DNA from: Turneriella sp.
GTDB lineage: Bacteria > Spirochaetota > Leptospiria > Turneriellales > Turneriellaceae
Length of the DNA stretch: 38,023 nt
Direction of reading: 5' to 3'
Assembly (NCBI GenBank): GCA_965279515.1
Contig: CBDIID010000001.1
Location: 1 to 38,023, forward strand
A program made the position numbers and the translations under genes. Shown piece by piece: positions 25,459 through 36,881 of the stretch; position 1 is the stretch's first letter, and every line of letters starts with the position of its first letter. The notes beneath the pieces are model-generated. The model was not told the origin of the DNA, ran no database searches, and saw only the letters and a list, made by a program, of their open reading frames with translations.

Positions 25459-26151
25459 ATGGCGGCAATGGTTGAAAACGCCGTCACTCTGGAAAGAGAA
25501 CAGCTTTCCCTGAAGATCAACGAGATCTTTTACAGCATCCAGGGCGAGGGCTCTTATGCCCTTTACCCCTGTGTCTTTGTACGCCTGACCGGCTGCAACC
25601 TGCGCTGCGCCTGGTGTGACACGACCTATTCCTTTTTTGAAGGTGAGCCACAGACTCTGGCGCAGATTCTCGCAGAGGTGAACCGCTACAACTCAGAACT
25701 CGTCGAAGTGACCGGCGGAGAGCCTCTGCTGCAGAAAAACGTCTATGCTTTTTTTGAAATGCTGAAAGCCGCAGGCAAAAAAATCCTGATTGAAACCTCC
25801 GGATCGATTTTGATCGATCGTGTGCCTGAGTATGTGCATATCGTGCTCGACCTGAAAGCACCTGATTCCGGCGAAGCAGAAAAGAACCGTTATGAAAATC
25901 TGGGTTTCATCAAACCTTCGGATGATATTAAGATTGTTGTAGCATCCCAAAAAGACTTTGAATTTGCCGAAGAAATTGCGGCGAAGTATGCGCTAGCGCA
26001 GAAAATGGAAAAACCGGTCATCATCCAGCCGGCATTCGGGCAACTCGACAGTGCCGAGGTGGGCGAATGGGTGAAAAACTCAATGACGCGCTTCCGCCTG
26101 GGCCTGCAACTGCATAAATTCATCTACGAACCCACTCTCCGGGCGGTTTAA
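25459..26151 (+). CDS. queE: 7-carboxy-7-deazaguanine synthase (copy 2)
   Basis: Identical translation to 1985-2677. Confidence 0.93.
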   Translation: MAAMVENAVTLEREQLSLKINEIFYSIQGEGSYALYPCVFVRLTGCNLRCAWCDTTYSFFEGEPQTLAQILAEVNRYNSELVEVTGGEPLLQKNVYAFFEMLKAAGKKILIETSGSILIDRVPEYVHIVLDLKAPDSGEAEKNRYENLGFIKPSDDIKIVVASQKDFEFAEEIAAKYALAQKMEKPVIIQPAFGQLDSAEVGEWVKNSMTRFRLGLQLHKFIYEPTLRAV

Positions 26152-26507
26152 TGCTGATCGAAAAAGAATTCGTCTTCGATTCGGCGCATTTTTTACCTTT
26201 TGTTCCGCAAGAGCATAAATGCCGGCGCCTGCACGGACACACATACAAAGTCGTGATCGGCGTTGAAGGTGATGTCAACGATGCCGGCTGGGTCATTGAC
26301 TTTGCCGATATCAGCGCCGGTGTAAATCCCATTCTGCAGAGTATCGACCATACTTTGCTGAATGCGGTCGAAGGGCTCGACAATCCCACGGCAGAAAATA
26401 TTGCCCTTTGGATTTTTACCCGTGTCAAACAGGCTATCCCCCTGTTAAGCTATGTCAGCGTGCAAGAAGGCCTGGCGTCGCGCGTGATCTACCCCCGTAA
26501 ACCATGA
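26151..26507 (+). CDS. queD: 6-carboxytetrahydropterin synthase (copy 2, intact)
   Basis: FDSAHFL, CRRLHGHTY, NPTAEN. Confidence 0.94.
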   Translation: MLIEKEFVFDSAHFLPFVPQEHKCRRLHGHTYKVVIGVEGDVNDAGWVIDFADISAGVNPILQSIDHTLLNAVEGLDNPTAENIALWIFTRVKQAIPLLSYVSVQEGLASRVIYPRKP

Positions 26508-27220
26508 GCGCGAAAAAAGCCATAGTTCTGCTTTCGGGTGGCCTCGATTCGGCGACCTGCCTTGCGATCGCAAAAGAACGCGGGTTTTCACCAACGGCAA
26601 TTTCCTTTAATTACGGGCAACGGCATAAAAACGAACTCATGGCCGCGGCAAAAATCACCGGTCTTGCAGGTGTTGAACACACCGTTATTGCCGTAGATCT
26701 CGCGGCTATTGGCGGCTCAGCCTTGACGGACAAAATCGCCGTGCCAAAGGGCGGGGCGCATCTGACAGCGGCGCCTGCGATTCCCGTCACCTATGTGCCT
26801 GTGCGCAATATGATTTTTCTATCGCTCGCGTATGCGCTCGCCGAGGCGCGCGGCGCAGCGGCTATTTTTATCGGCGTCAATGCGATCGACTATTCGGGTT
26901 ATCCCGACTGCCGCCCCGATTTTATTGAATCGTTTGCGAAAACCGCGGCGCTGGCTTCCAAAATCGGCCGCGAAGGGCATTCCCCCGAAATTATCGCGCC
27001 GCTGGTGACATTTTCAAAGGCCGATATTGCCCGCGAAGCCGCGCGGCTGAAGGTTCCGGTGCAGTTTACCTGGTCGTGCTACGATCCGCAGATTCTCCAT
27101 GGTTATTACACTCCCTGTGAAAACTGCGACGCCTGTATCTTGCGCCGCAATGGTTTTGCCGACGCGGGCCTCGTTCTCTCTAAAGAAGAAATTTTTGGTT
27201 CTCCGATAGCGCTTGCATAA
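26504..27220 (+). CDS. queC: 7-cyano-7-deazaguanine synthase (copy 2)
   Basis: Identical translation to 3029-3745. Confidence 0.95.
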   Translation: MSAKKAIVLLSGGLDSATCLAIAKERGFSPTAISFNYGQRHKNELMAAAKITGLAGVEHTVIAVDLAAIGGSALTDKIAVPKGGAHLTAAPAIPVTYVPVRNMIFLSLAYALAEARGAAAIFIGVNAIDYSGYPDCRPDFIESFAKTAALASKIGREGHSPEIIAPLVTFSKADIAREAARLKVPVQFTWSCYDPQILHGYYTPCENCDACILRRNGFADAGLVLSKEEIFGSPIALA

Positions 27221-27758
27221 AGCGGCTCGCAGGAAACCCCATCACATTAAAATAACAACCCTCGATGCGGCTGATATTCGCCATGCCGAAAGCATCCTGT
27301 ACACCATAGCCGCCGGCCTTATCATACGGCTCAGGTGTCGCTGTATAGGCGGCAATGGTTGCCTCTGTCAGCTGCAAAAAATGCACCGCAGTTTTTTCCA
27401 GGAAGCTGATCTTTTCGCCGCGCGGAAAAACCATGCAGACCGCAGTAAAAACCCAGTGTGGCCGGCCGGAGAGTTTTTTCAGCATTTGTGAGGCATGCGC
27501 CTGGTCGCGCGGCTTTTCCAGCACCTCGCCCTCCAAAACCACAATCGTATCCGCGGCGATATTCAGCCGGCCGGGGCGGGCGACAGCAGCGGCCTTTGCC
27601 TCTGCCAAAAGCAGCGTCTGCTCGGCAGGGTCGCTGTGGCGTATCGACTCTTCGTCGAGGTTCGCCGGGATAATTTCGCAGACAAAACCCAGCTTTTCGA
27701 GAATTTCACGGCGCCGCGGCGATGCGCTGGCGAGTATTATAGGTTTATCCAGCTGCAT
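27180..27758 (-). CDS. maf: Maf protein (copy 2)
   Basis: Identical translation to 3705-4283. Confidence 0.92.
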   Translation of the reverse strand: MQLDKPIILASASPRRREILEKLGFVCEIIPANLDEESIRHSDPAEQTLLLAEAKAAAVARPGRLNIAADTIVVLEGEVLEKPRDQAHASQMLKKLSGRPHWVFTAVCMVFPRGEKISFLEKTAVHFLQLTEATIAAYTATPEPYDKAGGYGVQDAFGMANISRIEGCYFNVMGFPASRFMQALSENQKFLL

Positions 27759-27800
27759 TGTAATTCATTGACGCGCGCAGATCACACTCCGCCTTCACCT

Positions 27801-28181
27801 ATGCGCCTCCTTGTGGTTGCCGGAATCTCCGGTTTTTTTGCGGTATTTTTCGGGGCATTCGGTTCGCATATCCTGAAAGCCTCGCTTGGCGAAAAATTTT
27901 TTTCCGTATTCCAGACCGCCAACCAATACCATTTCTGGCATACCCTCGCGCTGCTGGCGGTGGCGCTGCTCAGGGTTTCCCGGCCGCAAAAATTTTTCAC
28001 AGCCTCGGCCATAGCCTTTATCAGCGGCCTGGTATTATTCTCGGGCTCGCTGTATTTCTACGCTGTGTACCAGATCAAAACATTTGCCATGCTGGCGCCA
28101 CTCGGCGGGGCGTCGTTTATGTTGGGTTGGCTGTTCTTTACCTTGGGCACAATCCGCGAATTTTCAAAAAAAGCAACATAG
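27801..28181 (+). CDS. DUF423 membrane protein (copy 2)
   Basis: Identical to 4326-4706. Confidence 0.88.
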   Translation: MRLLVVAGISGFFAVFFGAFGSHILKASLGEKFFSVFQTANQYHFWHTLALLAVALLRVSRPQKFFTASAIAFISGLVLFSGSLYFYAVYQIKTFAMLAPLGGASFMLGWLFFTLGTIREFSKKAT

Positions 28182-28248
28182 GGGGATTTCCCCCGGCGCG
28201 GCGCCGGCTTTGGAAGGCTTTGCATTACCGATTTTTTACTAGTTAATG

Positions 28249-28276
28249 ACTTCCCATAATAAATATTATGTCGCAT
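28249..28276 (+). other. dif-like site (copy 2)
   Basis: Same 28-mer as 4774-4801. Confidence 0.75.
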
Positions 28277-28303
28277 TATCATCAATTTTTCCGTTCGGAC
28301 CGC

Positions 28304-29551
28304 TCAAGTCTGCGCATGCCTCTGCTGTGCAAAAACCAGCCACGCTATGAGACACAATGCCCCGCCCAACAGAAATGGAACCGGTAGCCAAACCGCATAT
28401 AAGCCCGTAGCCACCACAGGCGCGGTAAATCGCGCCAGCGCTGCCAGGGATTGCATATTGCCCAGCGTCTGACCCTGCTCATTTTTTGGCGCATGGATGG
28501 ATGCATAGGCGTTCAGCGACGGGCCACCAAAGCCCGAGGCCAGCGCCATCAGAATCAGAACTGCGCTCAAGAGACAGATTTTTACCGAAACCCCAGACAT
28601 GAGGATGCCATCGACATAACCTGCCCACGGCAGCAACAGCATGCCTATCGCCGACCCGATAAGGCCTAGCTTTACCCAATGTTCCGGCGGCCTTTTCTTC
28701 TCCATGCGGCGGTATAATCCACCCTGAACCAGCGCCAGAATGACGCCCTGCGCGCCGAAGAAATAGAAGGTTTCTTTCAGGTCAAAATGGTATTGCTTCT
28801 GCAGTATCCAGGCAAACAAGACCTCGAAGATAACGAATGCAAACTGGTTCAATAACTGCGTGACATAGGTATTGCGGCTGCCCGACTTCCTGAAAGCGCT
28901 CGCCACAACTGCGAGGCCTTCTCTTTGTACTGCTCCATGACTAACCTCCGCCGCTGAAAATCGATTGATTACAATCAGAACAAATGAGATTAAAGATAGT
29001 CCAAAACAAACCGCCCCAATCAACCAAAATGGATTAAAATCAATCATTGTCGGCGATGCAGTTTGATTGAAATTGATCAGGATACCACCCAGGAACGGAC
29101 CCAACAGGAACCCCATTCCGATACAAGCTCCCAATAAGCCCATCGCCCGTGGCCGCTGCTCTGGTGTTGTATGGTCTGCAAGAATGCTCTGGGCGATGGC
29201 TATATTACCGCCCGTAATGCCACTGAGCACCCTGCCTGCCAGGAAAAGCCCGTAGTTATTAGCTATGATCCATATGGCATAACTAGCCACGTTACCCAAT
29301 GTAGAGATAAGAAATATGGGTTTCCGGCCATAGATATCTGACAGTCTGCCGAGTATCGGCGCGCTCAACATCTGCGCCCCGGAATAAGATGCCATGAGAA
29401 TGCCCATATAGATCTCGGGCGCAAGCGATGAAAGTCCTGAGTTTTTTACCAGGACTTGCGTTAAATCCCGAACGACTGGAATCATCACGCCAAACCCCAG
29501 CATATCGAGAAAAACCACGAGATATACCGTGGTTTTTGCTGACTTATTCAC
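28304..29551 (-). CDS. MFS transporter (copy 2)
   Basis: Identical translation to 4829-6076. Confidence 0.9.
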   Translation of the reverse strand: MNKSAKTTVYLVVFLDMLGFGVMIPVVRDLTQVLVKNSGLSSLAPEIYMGILMASYSGAQMLSAPILGRLSDIYGRKPIFLISTLGNVASYAIWIIANNYGLFLAGRVLSGITGGNIAIAQSILADHTTPEQRPRAMGLLGACIGMGFLLGPFLGGILINFNQTASPTMIDFNPFWLIGAVCFGLSLISFVLIVINRFSAAEVSHGAVQREGLAVVASAFRKSGSRNTYVTQLLNQFAFVIFEVLFAWILQKQYHFDLKETFYFFGAQGVILALVQGGLYRRMEKKRPPEHWVKLGLIGSAIGMLLLPWAGYVDGILMSGVSVKICLLSAVLILMALASGFGGPSLNAYASIHAPKNEQGQTLGNMQSLAALARFTAPVVATGLYAVWLPVPFLLGGALCLIAWLVFAQQRHAQT

Positions 29552-29652
29552 AGTTTCAAGGACTGAATTGCAGATGTACGGTCAAAGAATGCTCGATATT
29601 CTCAAGGAAAAGCATTGACAGCATATTCTAAATCGAATATTCGAAATAGAAT

Positions 29653-30150
29653 ATGAACACCTTAGACAACCTCCAACTATTATTACTGGCAATCCTCCGG
29701 GGTAAAAAACACCCCATCTCACGCTATGAGGCCATGGCCACCTTGAACCATGTCACAAGCCGAATCGATCGCCCCTACTCGCCAGGCGCTGTTTATCACT
29801 GCATAAAAAACCTTGCGGGGAGAGAATTAATTAATTTTAATCATAAATCCATACAGATTTCGCCTACTGGGGGCGCAGCCTTGTCAGATCGCCTCACCCA
29901 GGCTCCATTGTCAGAATCTGTTTTGACCATGATCTATGAGGCCTTAGCTTTACAGCTATCTGGCGACCCAGGGCTTAAAAACTCAGGGATCCGACGACTC
30001 AAGGTTGAAATGATCAAATTTAATCAAAGACCAGAATCTCGCCATCTCGAAGGCCCAGAAGCGGGACAGCTTGACAAGGCGCTGAATTCTTGTCATTTAG
30101 AAATTGTCAAAGGCTTAAATCGATTCATCTTGGAATTAGGCGACATTTAA
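29653..30150 (+). CDS. PadR-like regulator (copy 2)
   Basis: Identical translation to 6178-6675; operator palindrome at 29622-29655. Confidence 0.6.
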   Translation: MNTLDNLQLLLLAILRGKKHPISRYEAMATLNHVTSRIDRPYSPGAVYHCIKNLAGRELINFNHKSIQISPTGGAALSDRLTQAPLSESVLTMIYEALALQLSGDPGLKNSGIRRLKVEMIKFNQRPESRHLEGPEAGQLDKALNSCHLEIVKGLNRFILELGDI

Positions 30151-30183
30151 TTGGCGCCAATATCAAGGCATTTTTGGGCATTG

Positions 30184-31050
30184 TCACTGTCCCATAGTTG
30201 GGATGAAATTGACGGCGCCCAATTCTTGGTCATGGATCGTTGCCCGCTGCAGAGGGACCAGAATCTCCTGTCCGCCGGGGTGGATTATCGACCTGACATA
30301 GACATTTTGACTAAAAATCATCAGCTCTTTAGGCTGTACGAGGGACCGCTGGGGGAACCCGTTTCGATCAAAATAATCGACCTTTAGCATGGCTTCTTGC
30401 CGTATTTTGCCGAGAAAATACTGCTCGATCTGGTCGAAATTTTTCGGAAAAAGAATTTCATATTTTTCCGTTTTTCTCTGCCAGCGACGTATTCTCTGGT
30501 ATTTTGTTTTGGAAGAAAAAATATCCTGCTCCGTCTGCAAGATGTTGAGAAACGCGAGCGCGGTAGCGCGCGCATCAGCAAGAGCGCGGTGCGCCTTGCC
30601 TGTGTCTATCCCCAGTTCTTTTTTGATCGCCTCAAGTGCATGCGACGGCCGTTCGGCTCGCAGTTTGCGCGAGAGCTGCAGGTGATCGTAATACGAGCGG
30701 TTCGGCCACGGCACTTTGACGGCAGCGAAACTTTGTTTTAAAAACGCCAGGTCGAAGGGTGCATTGTGAAAAACCCAACTGCCTTCGGGTAGAAATTTCA
30801 GAAACGCGGCAATCCCTTCTTGTAATGGTACCGCCTTGGTTTCGAGCTCTTCAGCGCTGATCTGGTGGATCGCCCGCGCCTTCGGATCCATTTTTTTCTC
30901 GGGCTTGATGAGAATAGAAAAATCGTCGGCGAGACCGGCCAGCGAGAACGCGACCGCGCCGATTTCGATAATTTCGTGTTTATAAGGGTTAAGCCCGGTG
31001 GTCTCGAGGTCGATCGCTAGAAAGCGCAGATCCTGCGCCCATTGCTCCAT
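30184..31050 (-). CDS. DEDDh exonuclease (copy 2)
   Basis: Identical translation to 6709-7575. Confidence 0.85.
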   Translation of the reverse strand: MEQWAQDLRFLAIDLETTGLNPYKHEIIEIGAVAFSLAGLADDFSILIKPEKKMDPKARAIHQISAEELETKAVPLQEGIAAFLKFLPEGSWVFHNAPFDLAFLKQSFAAVKVPWPNRSYYDHLQLSRKLRAERPSHALEAIKKELGIDTGKAHRALADARATALAFLNILQTEQDIFSSKTKYQRIRRWQRKTEKYEILFPKNFDQIEQYFLGKIRQEAMLKVDYFDRNGFPQRSLVQPKELMIFSQNVYVRSIIHPGGQEILVPLQRATIHDQELGAVNFIPTMGQ

Positions 31051-31770
31051 GCGTCAGCGATGCGTGAGGCTGTGTCGGGTCGATTGTAAAATGAAAATGC
31101 GCCATTGCTGCCGCCGGCGCCTGGGCAGAGCTGGCCTGCCCGAAGGGCGAAAGATTGCGCGCCTGTGGGATATCCCGCTGTGTAGCAGGCTTCACGCCGC
31201 GATGAGTCATGCCCGCACTGTCTGACATGCCGCCAGAGACTGCAGCCACGGGGCGAAACCAGTCGAGGAAATAGCGCAACGAAGGTAGATTGAGGGTATA
31301 AATCGAGCCTGAGAGGCAGCGATTTGGCGGCGCAGGCGCCCCGGGAACACCCGGTTTTTGACCCTGGGCTGCGGAATCTTCTTTAGTGTTGCATGCACCG
31401 GCCGCAGGCGATACAGTCAAAGCAGGGCTATCGAAAAGCACTCCGTGAGGATGGCTTGCGTCGGCGGCAGAGTCATTAACTAAGGCAGTCTTTATCTGTG
31501 CGGATGAGCGCTTTTGGGCGGGTACCGCTGCATAATGCCGTTTGGCCTGCCCGGCATGGGCCACGAGGCGGACGACGCCCCTGCCCCAATTCTGCGCCGA
31601 TTGTTTTCATAAAAGCGGTAAATCCGACTTTTTGTTTTTTGTCCGATTTTTTAGCTTTTTGGACGATATTCAGATTAGGGGAAACCTTGCCTGCGCTGGC
31701 GAAAGCTCCGCCCGAAGCTGCCAACGCAGCCACTAGGGTTAGAATCTTGGTGAGTCTTCGCCCCGGACAC
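30989..31770 (-). CDS. Hypothetical exported protein (copy 2, apparent frameshifts)
   Basis: Extra T near 31605 and extra C near 31762 relative to copy 1. Confidence 0.45.
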
Positions 31771-31859
31771 TCTGGGGCAAGAGGGTTTAAAGAGCCAAAA
31801 AAGTCAACAAAAAAAGTAAATTTTTTTATACCTTCTGCTTATTAAGTTTGCCGTTTTGG

Positions 31860-32860
31860 CTAAGCCGCGATCTGGCTACTTGGGATGTCTTTCAAAACCT
31901 GGCCCACATCCCGCAGGAATGCCGAATAAGATAAATTTTTGTCGAGCAGCGCAAACTTGCGCTGAAACTCGCAGGTGGCAATGAGATTGGATAACACCAC
32001 GCGCTTATAGTTCTGGTGTTTTCTCTGCCAGGATTTTACGCGCGCAAAATCGGCAGTCAGCAACGCCAGCACACCGTCGTAATAATCCACGAGGTCAGAC
32101 AAAGTCTGTACAGAATTTTGCAGCTCCGGAACATTGGGCGCTGTCTTATACATCTTCTCCATAAAAGAGACGATGATTTCAACCTCAGCAATCTTGACGC
32201 GTGTGAACATCGGTATCGAGTACATCTTACGCCAGTCGAGATTGCGCAAAAAATAACGCGCAGCAAAGACCGGGTTTTGTGAAATCGAATCGTCGGTCAT
32301 GGCTTCGACCAGGTCGACCGCGCGCGCCTTGCCCTGCTCTTCTATTTTCTCCCGCTCGACCTTGATTTTCATAAAGTCTTCGGGTTTAAAAACAATTAAG
32401 CGCGAACGCGGGTATTTGCCCTTGATGCGCATGATGTTCTGCCGGGGGATATCCTGGTCGGAAATAAAATAACGTCGCCCGTCGCCGATCGCCGGCAGCA
32501 CGTTCGGCCAATAACCAGCGAAATGGAAAGCAAGCCCCGGCAGGGAATCCAGGCCTTCATATTCGAGCGGAATCCGCATAAACCGGGTCTCACCCTCTTC
32601 GCCGTACTCGAACGGGAATTTTTACAAAACTGCGCTCCATCGGGAAAAAAAGCAACGGCGAATCGAGCCGTGTCTGGATGCGAAATTTCTCACCGAGAAA
32701 AATGGCATGCAGCATTGGGTGAATCTGCTGCTCCACGCCGGCACTCATCCAGCCTTGCGGCTTTGCCGTCGCGGAAAGCCAGGAAGGTTCCGTTCCGCAT
32801 ATTGACGCGGAGCAAAAAACCTGCGGCTGTGCGATGTTCTACGTAATCGTCGAACTTCAT
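31860..32860 (-). CDS. Hypothetical protein (copy 2, apparent frameshifts)
   Basis: Extra A near 32617 and extra T near 32763 relative to copy 1. Confidence 0.65.
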
Positions 32861-33892
32861 TCTTCATTATCAGTATCGGCATCTGCCGAGGCATAACTTT
32901 CCAACTGGTACTTTCTTAATTTATGCTGCAACGAACCCCGCGAGACTTTTAGCAGATTCGCGATCTTGTGTTGCGAGCGCCCGACCCGGGCCTGCGCCTT
33001 GAGGATTGCCTGCTTTTCAAACTCGGCGATCACGCCGCGCAACCCCCTACCCTCTTCGAGAATTGACTCGACCGAAAGCGAACTTTTACCCAGGACACGG
33101 CTTTTCTGGAAGTCCAAATTCGCCTCTGCCCCCGTGGCGCGGACGCCATGGAGCGACCTCCAGAATGCAGCCATCTCTTCCAGTTCTGCCGGGCTGCGTT
33201 TAGCCAGCGCCGGTAAAAGAAATCGCCCGGGAATCAAAGCGTCAGCCAGCGGAGCCTGTAATATTTTTCGGTTGCGCAGCGCCTGTAAGTCATAGACTGT
33301 CCGCCGCCCACAACACGCCCCAACCCTTTATATGCTTCACAACAGCCTGCTGCTCTGCGACCTCCAGAAGCGCGATCTCCGGAACAACGAACGCAAGGCC
33401 GAATCTCGTCTGCACATGGATAACCACTTCGTCGCGGTTGTCGATGCGAGTGTTCGCATGGCGGATCGCCAGCGTCTGCAGCACAGCTTCCTTTCCGGCG
33501 CCGGGCTGGCCATTGAGTACAAGCAGAGCGGGCGGCTGCGCAACAATCTCATTGAGCTGCAAAGCAAGGCCAGTCAAGCCAGGAAAAAAGGGCAAAAACG
33601 TGGGATAACCATCGGACCGCACCACCTCGTGCTCCAGCAAGATCTGCCATAACCCGGCATCCGCGGCAGCGGGGATAGCGTCAGCATAGAGGTGCAACCT
33701 GAACCCACCTGCAGACTCCCACTCAAACACAGACCCGGGCGGCAGAGACTCGACCGCCCGAACCAAGCCGTCGCTAGAAAAGAAAAAGGAAAACGAGTCA
33801 TAGGCAAGGCCAAGATCTACGCCCGACGGATACGCCGCAACCCAGAGACCCCAAATCCCCTTAGCCTGATATTCAGACCAGCCTGCCATCAC
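32857..33892 (-). CDS. Fis-HTH regulator (copy 2, apparent frameshift)
   Basis: Extra C near 33301 splits the ORF into 200 aa and 126 aa pieces. Confidence 0.65.
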
Positions 33893-33937
33893 CTCACGAG
33901 GCTTAATTTTAATCGGCCGTCAATCACTAATACGGCA

Positions 33938-34000
33938 TGTCGGATATCCGACACCAACAGGTATTTCGATGTAGCATAACCAGCTGTCGGACATCCGACA
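33938..34000. promoter_or_regulatory. Candidate parS pair (copy 2)
   Basis: Palindromes at 33938-33953 and 33985-34000. Confidence 0.7.
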
Positions 34001-34050
34001 CCATAATTGAATCGGCTTGACGTGCCGTGGTGGCGCGCTCGTGTGCACCG

Positions 34051-34809
34051 ATGCCAGCCGCCATCATTGCCATCGCAAACCAAAAAGGAGGCGAAGGCAA
34101 GACTACAACCTCCATCAATCTGGCGCATGGCCTGTCGCTGACCGGCAAAAGAACCCTGCTCGTCGACATGGACCCCCAGGGTAATAGCTCGGGCATCTTT
34201 GCTGATGTTGAAAATCTGACGAAAACTGTCGCCGACCTTTTCACCAAAAAGCACACCGCTGAAGAGGTTATTGTCCGCACCCGCTATGAGAAGCTCGACC
34301 TGCTGCCAGCAAAGATCAGCCTTGCGGAAGTCGAGCTCAGCACTCTCAATGTCGACGCACCCTATGTCATGCGCGATGCACTTGAAAGCGTCAAAGATAA
34401 ATACGACGCCATGGTGATCGACTGCCCACCCAGTCTTTCCATTTTCACGATCAATGCCCTCGGCGCGGCGGGGTATGTCGTTATCCCTCTGCAGGCAGAA
34501 AAATTCAGTATCGACGGGATAAAGGGTTTGCAGGGCACAATAGAGGGGATTAAGCGGCGCATAAACCCAGACCTTAAGATTCTCGGCGCACTCATTACCC
34601 AGCTCAAAAGCAATACGGTTTTAACGAAAACCATCCTGCCTGTGATCCAGAATTACTTCCCGGTTTTTGAGACCTCGATCTCCACGGGGGTCGCAGTAGG
34701 GGAGAGCCACCTGTCTCGCAGGTCATTGCTCGATTACAATTCCGGGGTCAAGCAGGCCAAAGAGTATTCAGCGTTCGTCAAAGAAGTCATCGATGGCATC
34801 AAAAAGTAA
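34051..34809 (+). CDS. parA: ParA (copy 2)
   Basis: Identical translation to copy 1. Confidence 0.93.
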   Translation: MPAAIIAIANQKGGEGKTTTSINLAHGLSLTGKRTLLVDMDPQGNSSGIFADVENLTKTVADLFTKKHTAEEVIVRTRYEKLDLLPAKISLAEVELSTLNVDAPYVMRDALESVKDKYDAMVIDCPPSLSIFTINALGAAGYVVIPLQAEKFSIDGIKGLQGTIEGIKRRINPDLKILGALITQLKSNTVLTKTILPVIQNYFPVFETSISTGVAVGESHLSRRSLLDYNSGVKQAKEYSAFVKEVIDGIKK

Positions 34810-35626
34810 AAAACTTTCTTTCGCTGCCGACATCTTCGAGCAGGATATCGAAGGTATTATCCGCAAGATTCCGATTGCTGACATTCAGCCCTCTGTCGAC
34901 CAGCCCCGAACCCAGTTCGATGACACCATCAACAGCCTGGCAGAATCGATTAAAACAGAAGGCCTGTTGCAGCCGATTGTCGTTACTAAAGAAGGAACTA
35001 AATACAAAATCGTAGCAGGTGAGCGCCGGTACCGTGCCGCACGCCTTGCAGGCCTTGAAACGATTGAATGCCGCATACTGCGCAAAAACCCCAAGGACAC
35101 TTACCGGCTTGCTGTTATTGAGAACCTGCAGCGTGAGAACCTGAACGCCGTCGACGAGGCCAAAGCCTTCCGCAAACTCAAGCACGAGTATGGTTATAAC
35201 GACAGCGACCTGGCCAAAATCGTCGGTAAATCACGCAATTACGTCAACGAGATCTTGTCGGTGGCGGATATCCCCGCAACATGGATTGAGCGCGCCCAAG
35301 CCATCGGCATTGAGTCAAAGAACCTCTTTATCCAGTTTGCGCAGGCGATAAAATCAGGCACCGCTGAAGGTTTTTTGAGCGCCTATGAAAGCGGGGCGGT
35401 GAAAACCGTCGCTGCGGCAAAACAATTTAACAAGACGCAAAAAACTCCCGAAGCGAAGCCCGCAGCCCGCCCGCCTGGAATCAGCGATCTTCAGTGCAAG
35501 GGCGAATTCAAAGACAAACGCTGGCGCTTCACCCTGGACTTCACCACAGTACAAACCGGAAACGCCGACAAGGTAAAACAACTCGAGAAGTTGATCGGCG
35601 AGACCGTTAAAAAACATTTGAAATAA
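34793..35626 (+). CDS. parB: ParB (copy 2)
   Basis: Identical translation to copy 1. Confidence 0.93.
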   Translation: MASKSKKLSFAADIFEQDIEGIIRKIPIADIQPSVDQPRTQFDDTINSLAESIKTEGLLQPIVVTKEGTKYKIVAGERRYRAARLAGLETIECRILRKNPKDTYRLAVIENLQRENLNAVDEAKAFRKLKHEYGYNDSDLAKIVGKSRNYVNEILSVADIPATWIERAQAIGIESKNLFIQFAQAIKSGTAEGFLSAYESGAVKTVAAAKQFNKTQKTPEAKPAARPPGISDLQCKGEFKDKRWRFTLDFTTVQTGNADKVKQLEKLIGETVKKHLK

Positions 35627-35910
35627 CCGCGGGCGCGGGTTCACGCCGTGCAAAAGACTTGACGGTGAATAATTATGTCACATCTTAGTTTAGAAATTTA
35701 GGGGCTTGTTGGAATCCCGGAGAATATTCTCCAGGCGCGTAAAAAAAACAGAACGCCAATCCTCTTAAAATTTCCGCTGACGACCTTTGCAAAAAAAAAG
35801 GCATGTTGCCATGCCCGAAATTTCCAAAGGGAACTTGTTGGATGATGAGACATAATCCATCGCCAACAATCCGTCAACAAGTTTTTGATTACTTTCAAGC
35901 GGTGGGGGAT

Positions 35911-36816
35911 ATGGAACCGAACAACATGTATCTGGCAATAATGTCCGATATTTTGGACAGTGGCACTTGGGCAAATCTGGGGCCAGCAGCAAAAGCGCTC
36001 TATCCGGTATTGTGCAAATTCAGTAGCCACACCTTCAAACCAGTCTGGCCCGGCACAGACGAGCTCTTGCGGCTGACAGGGTTCAAAACAAAAAAGTCTC
36101 TTCAGGAAGCCAAGCGCGAACTCATCAAACAGGGATTGCTCCATGTCGTTGCGGGCACAGGCAGGACTTCGTCGCATTATTATTTTCGCTTTGATTATCC
36201 TGGCAGCCGGGTGGATATTGAGGCTCACCGGGTGAACGCTGCATCCCGCAGAGGGATACAGGAATCACCCCCTGCGGGATATCCGGCAACTACCGTGGGG
36301 GATGGCGCAATAGCCCCGAACCATATCAACATCCACATCAATAAACTTACTCAAACCACTAACAACAACAACCCGGACTTGTCGTCGTTGTTGAATGAAT
36401 TTTTTGGAGCGTCGAAACCGCGAGGGGATTTCAAGGAGCATCTCGTCCAGGAAATGCTGGAGAAGTATGGCTCGCTGGAAGTCGGTGAAGCTGTACGTAT
36501 CGCCATCAGCAAAGGCAAGGACGGCGACATCCGTTACCTCGAGGGGATTTTGAAGAACCGCGGCTCAGACCAGGTTAAAAAAAGCGATCCGGCACCCGGC
36601 GCGTTTTCTTTTGACGCAGTTTCGCCTTCGCTCAAAATTTGGCAGCACCACCTGGAGTCACTGGGTCGCTTTGGTGACACCTGGTATTTTTCGGCGAAAA
36701 CCGATCTTTCGCCATCATTTGTCGAGGAGCAGTTTAAGCGCGCCGGCGTGCAGGTGAAGATCGTAAAGTCAGCCGCTGGTCGCGGCGAGAGTCGTGATTT
36801 TGCTGCGGCAAACTGA
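35911..36816 (+). CDS. Putative replication initiator (copy 2)
   Basis: Identical translation to copy 1; internal repeats at about 36230-36376. Confidence 0.75.
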   Translation: MEPNNMYLAIMSDILDSGTWANLGPAAKALYPVLCKFSSHTFKPVWPGTDELLRLTGFKTKKSLQEAKRELIKQGLLHVVAGTGRTSSHYYFRFDYPGSRVDIEAHRVNAASRRGIQESPPAGYPATTVGDGAIAPNHINIHINKLTQTTNNNNPDLSSLLNEFFGASKPRGDFKEHLVQEMLEKYGSLEVGEAVRIAISKGKDGDIRYLEGILKNRGSDQVKKSDPAPGAFSFDAVSPSLKIWQHHLESLGRFGDTWYFSAKTDLSPSFVEEQFKRAGVQVKIVKSAAGRGESRDFAAAN

Positions 36817-36881
36817 ATTAATAAATTGATTGAAACACTATTCCTGCTTTCATCATGGGGCATTATGTTAGAGGGGGCACT

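Noticed and set aside
30989..33892. Pseudogene decay or phase variation in copy 2
   Set aside because: Seven clustered +1 insertions with no visible substitutions, in short runs; this fits a locally poor consensus rather than evolution or slipped-strand switching.
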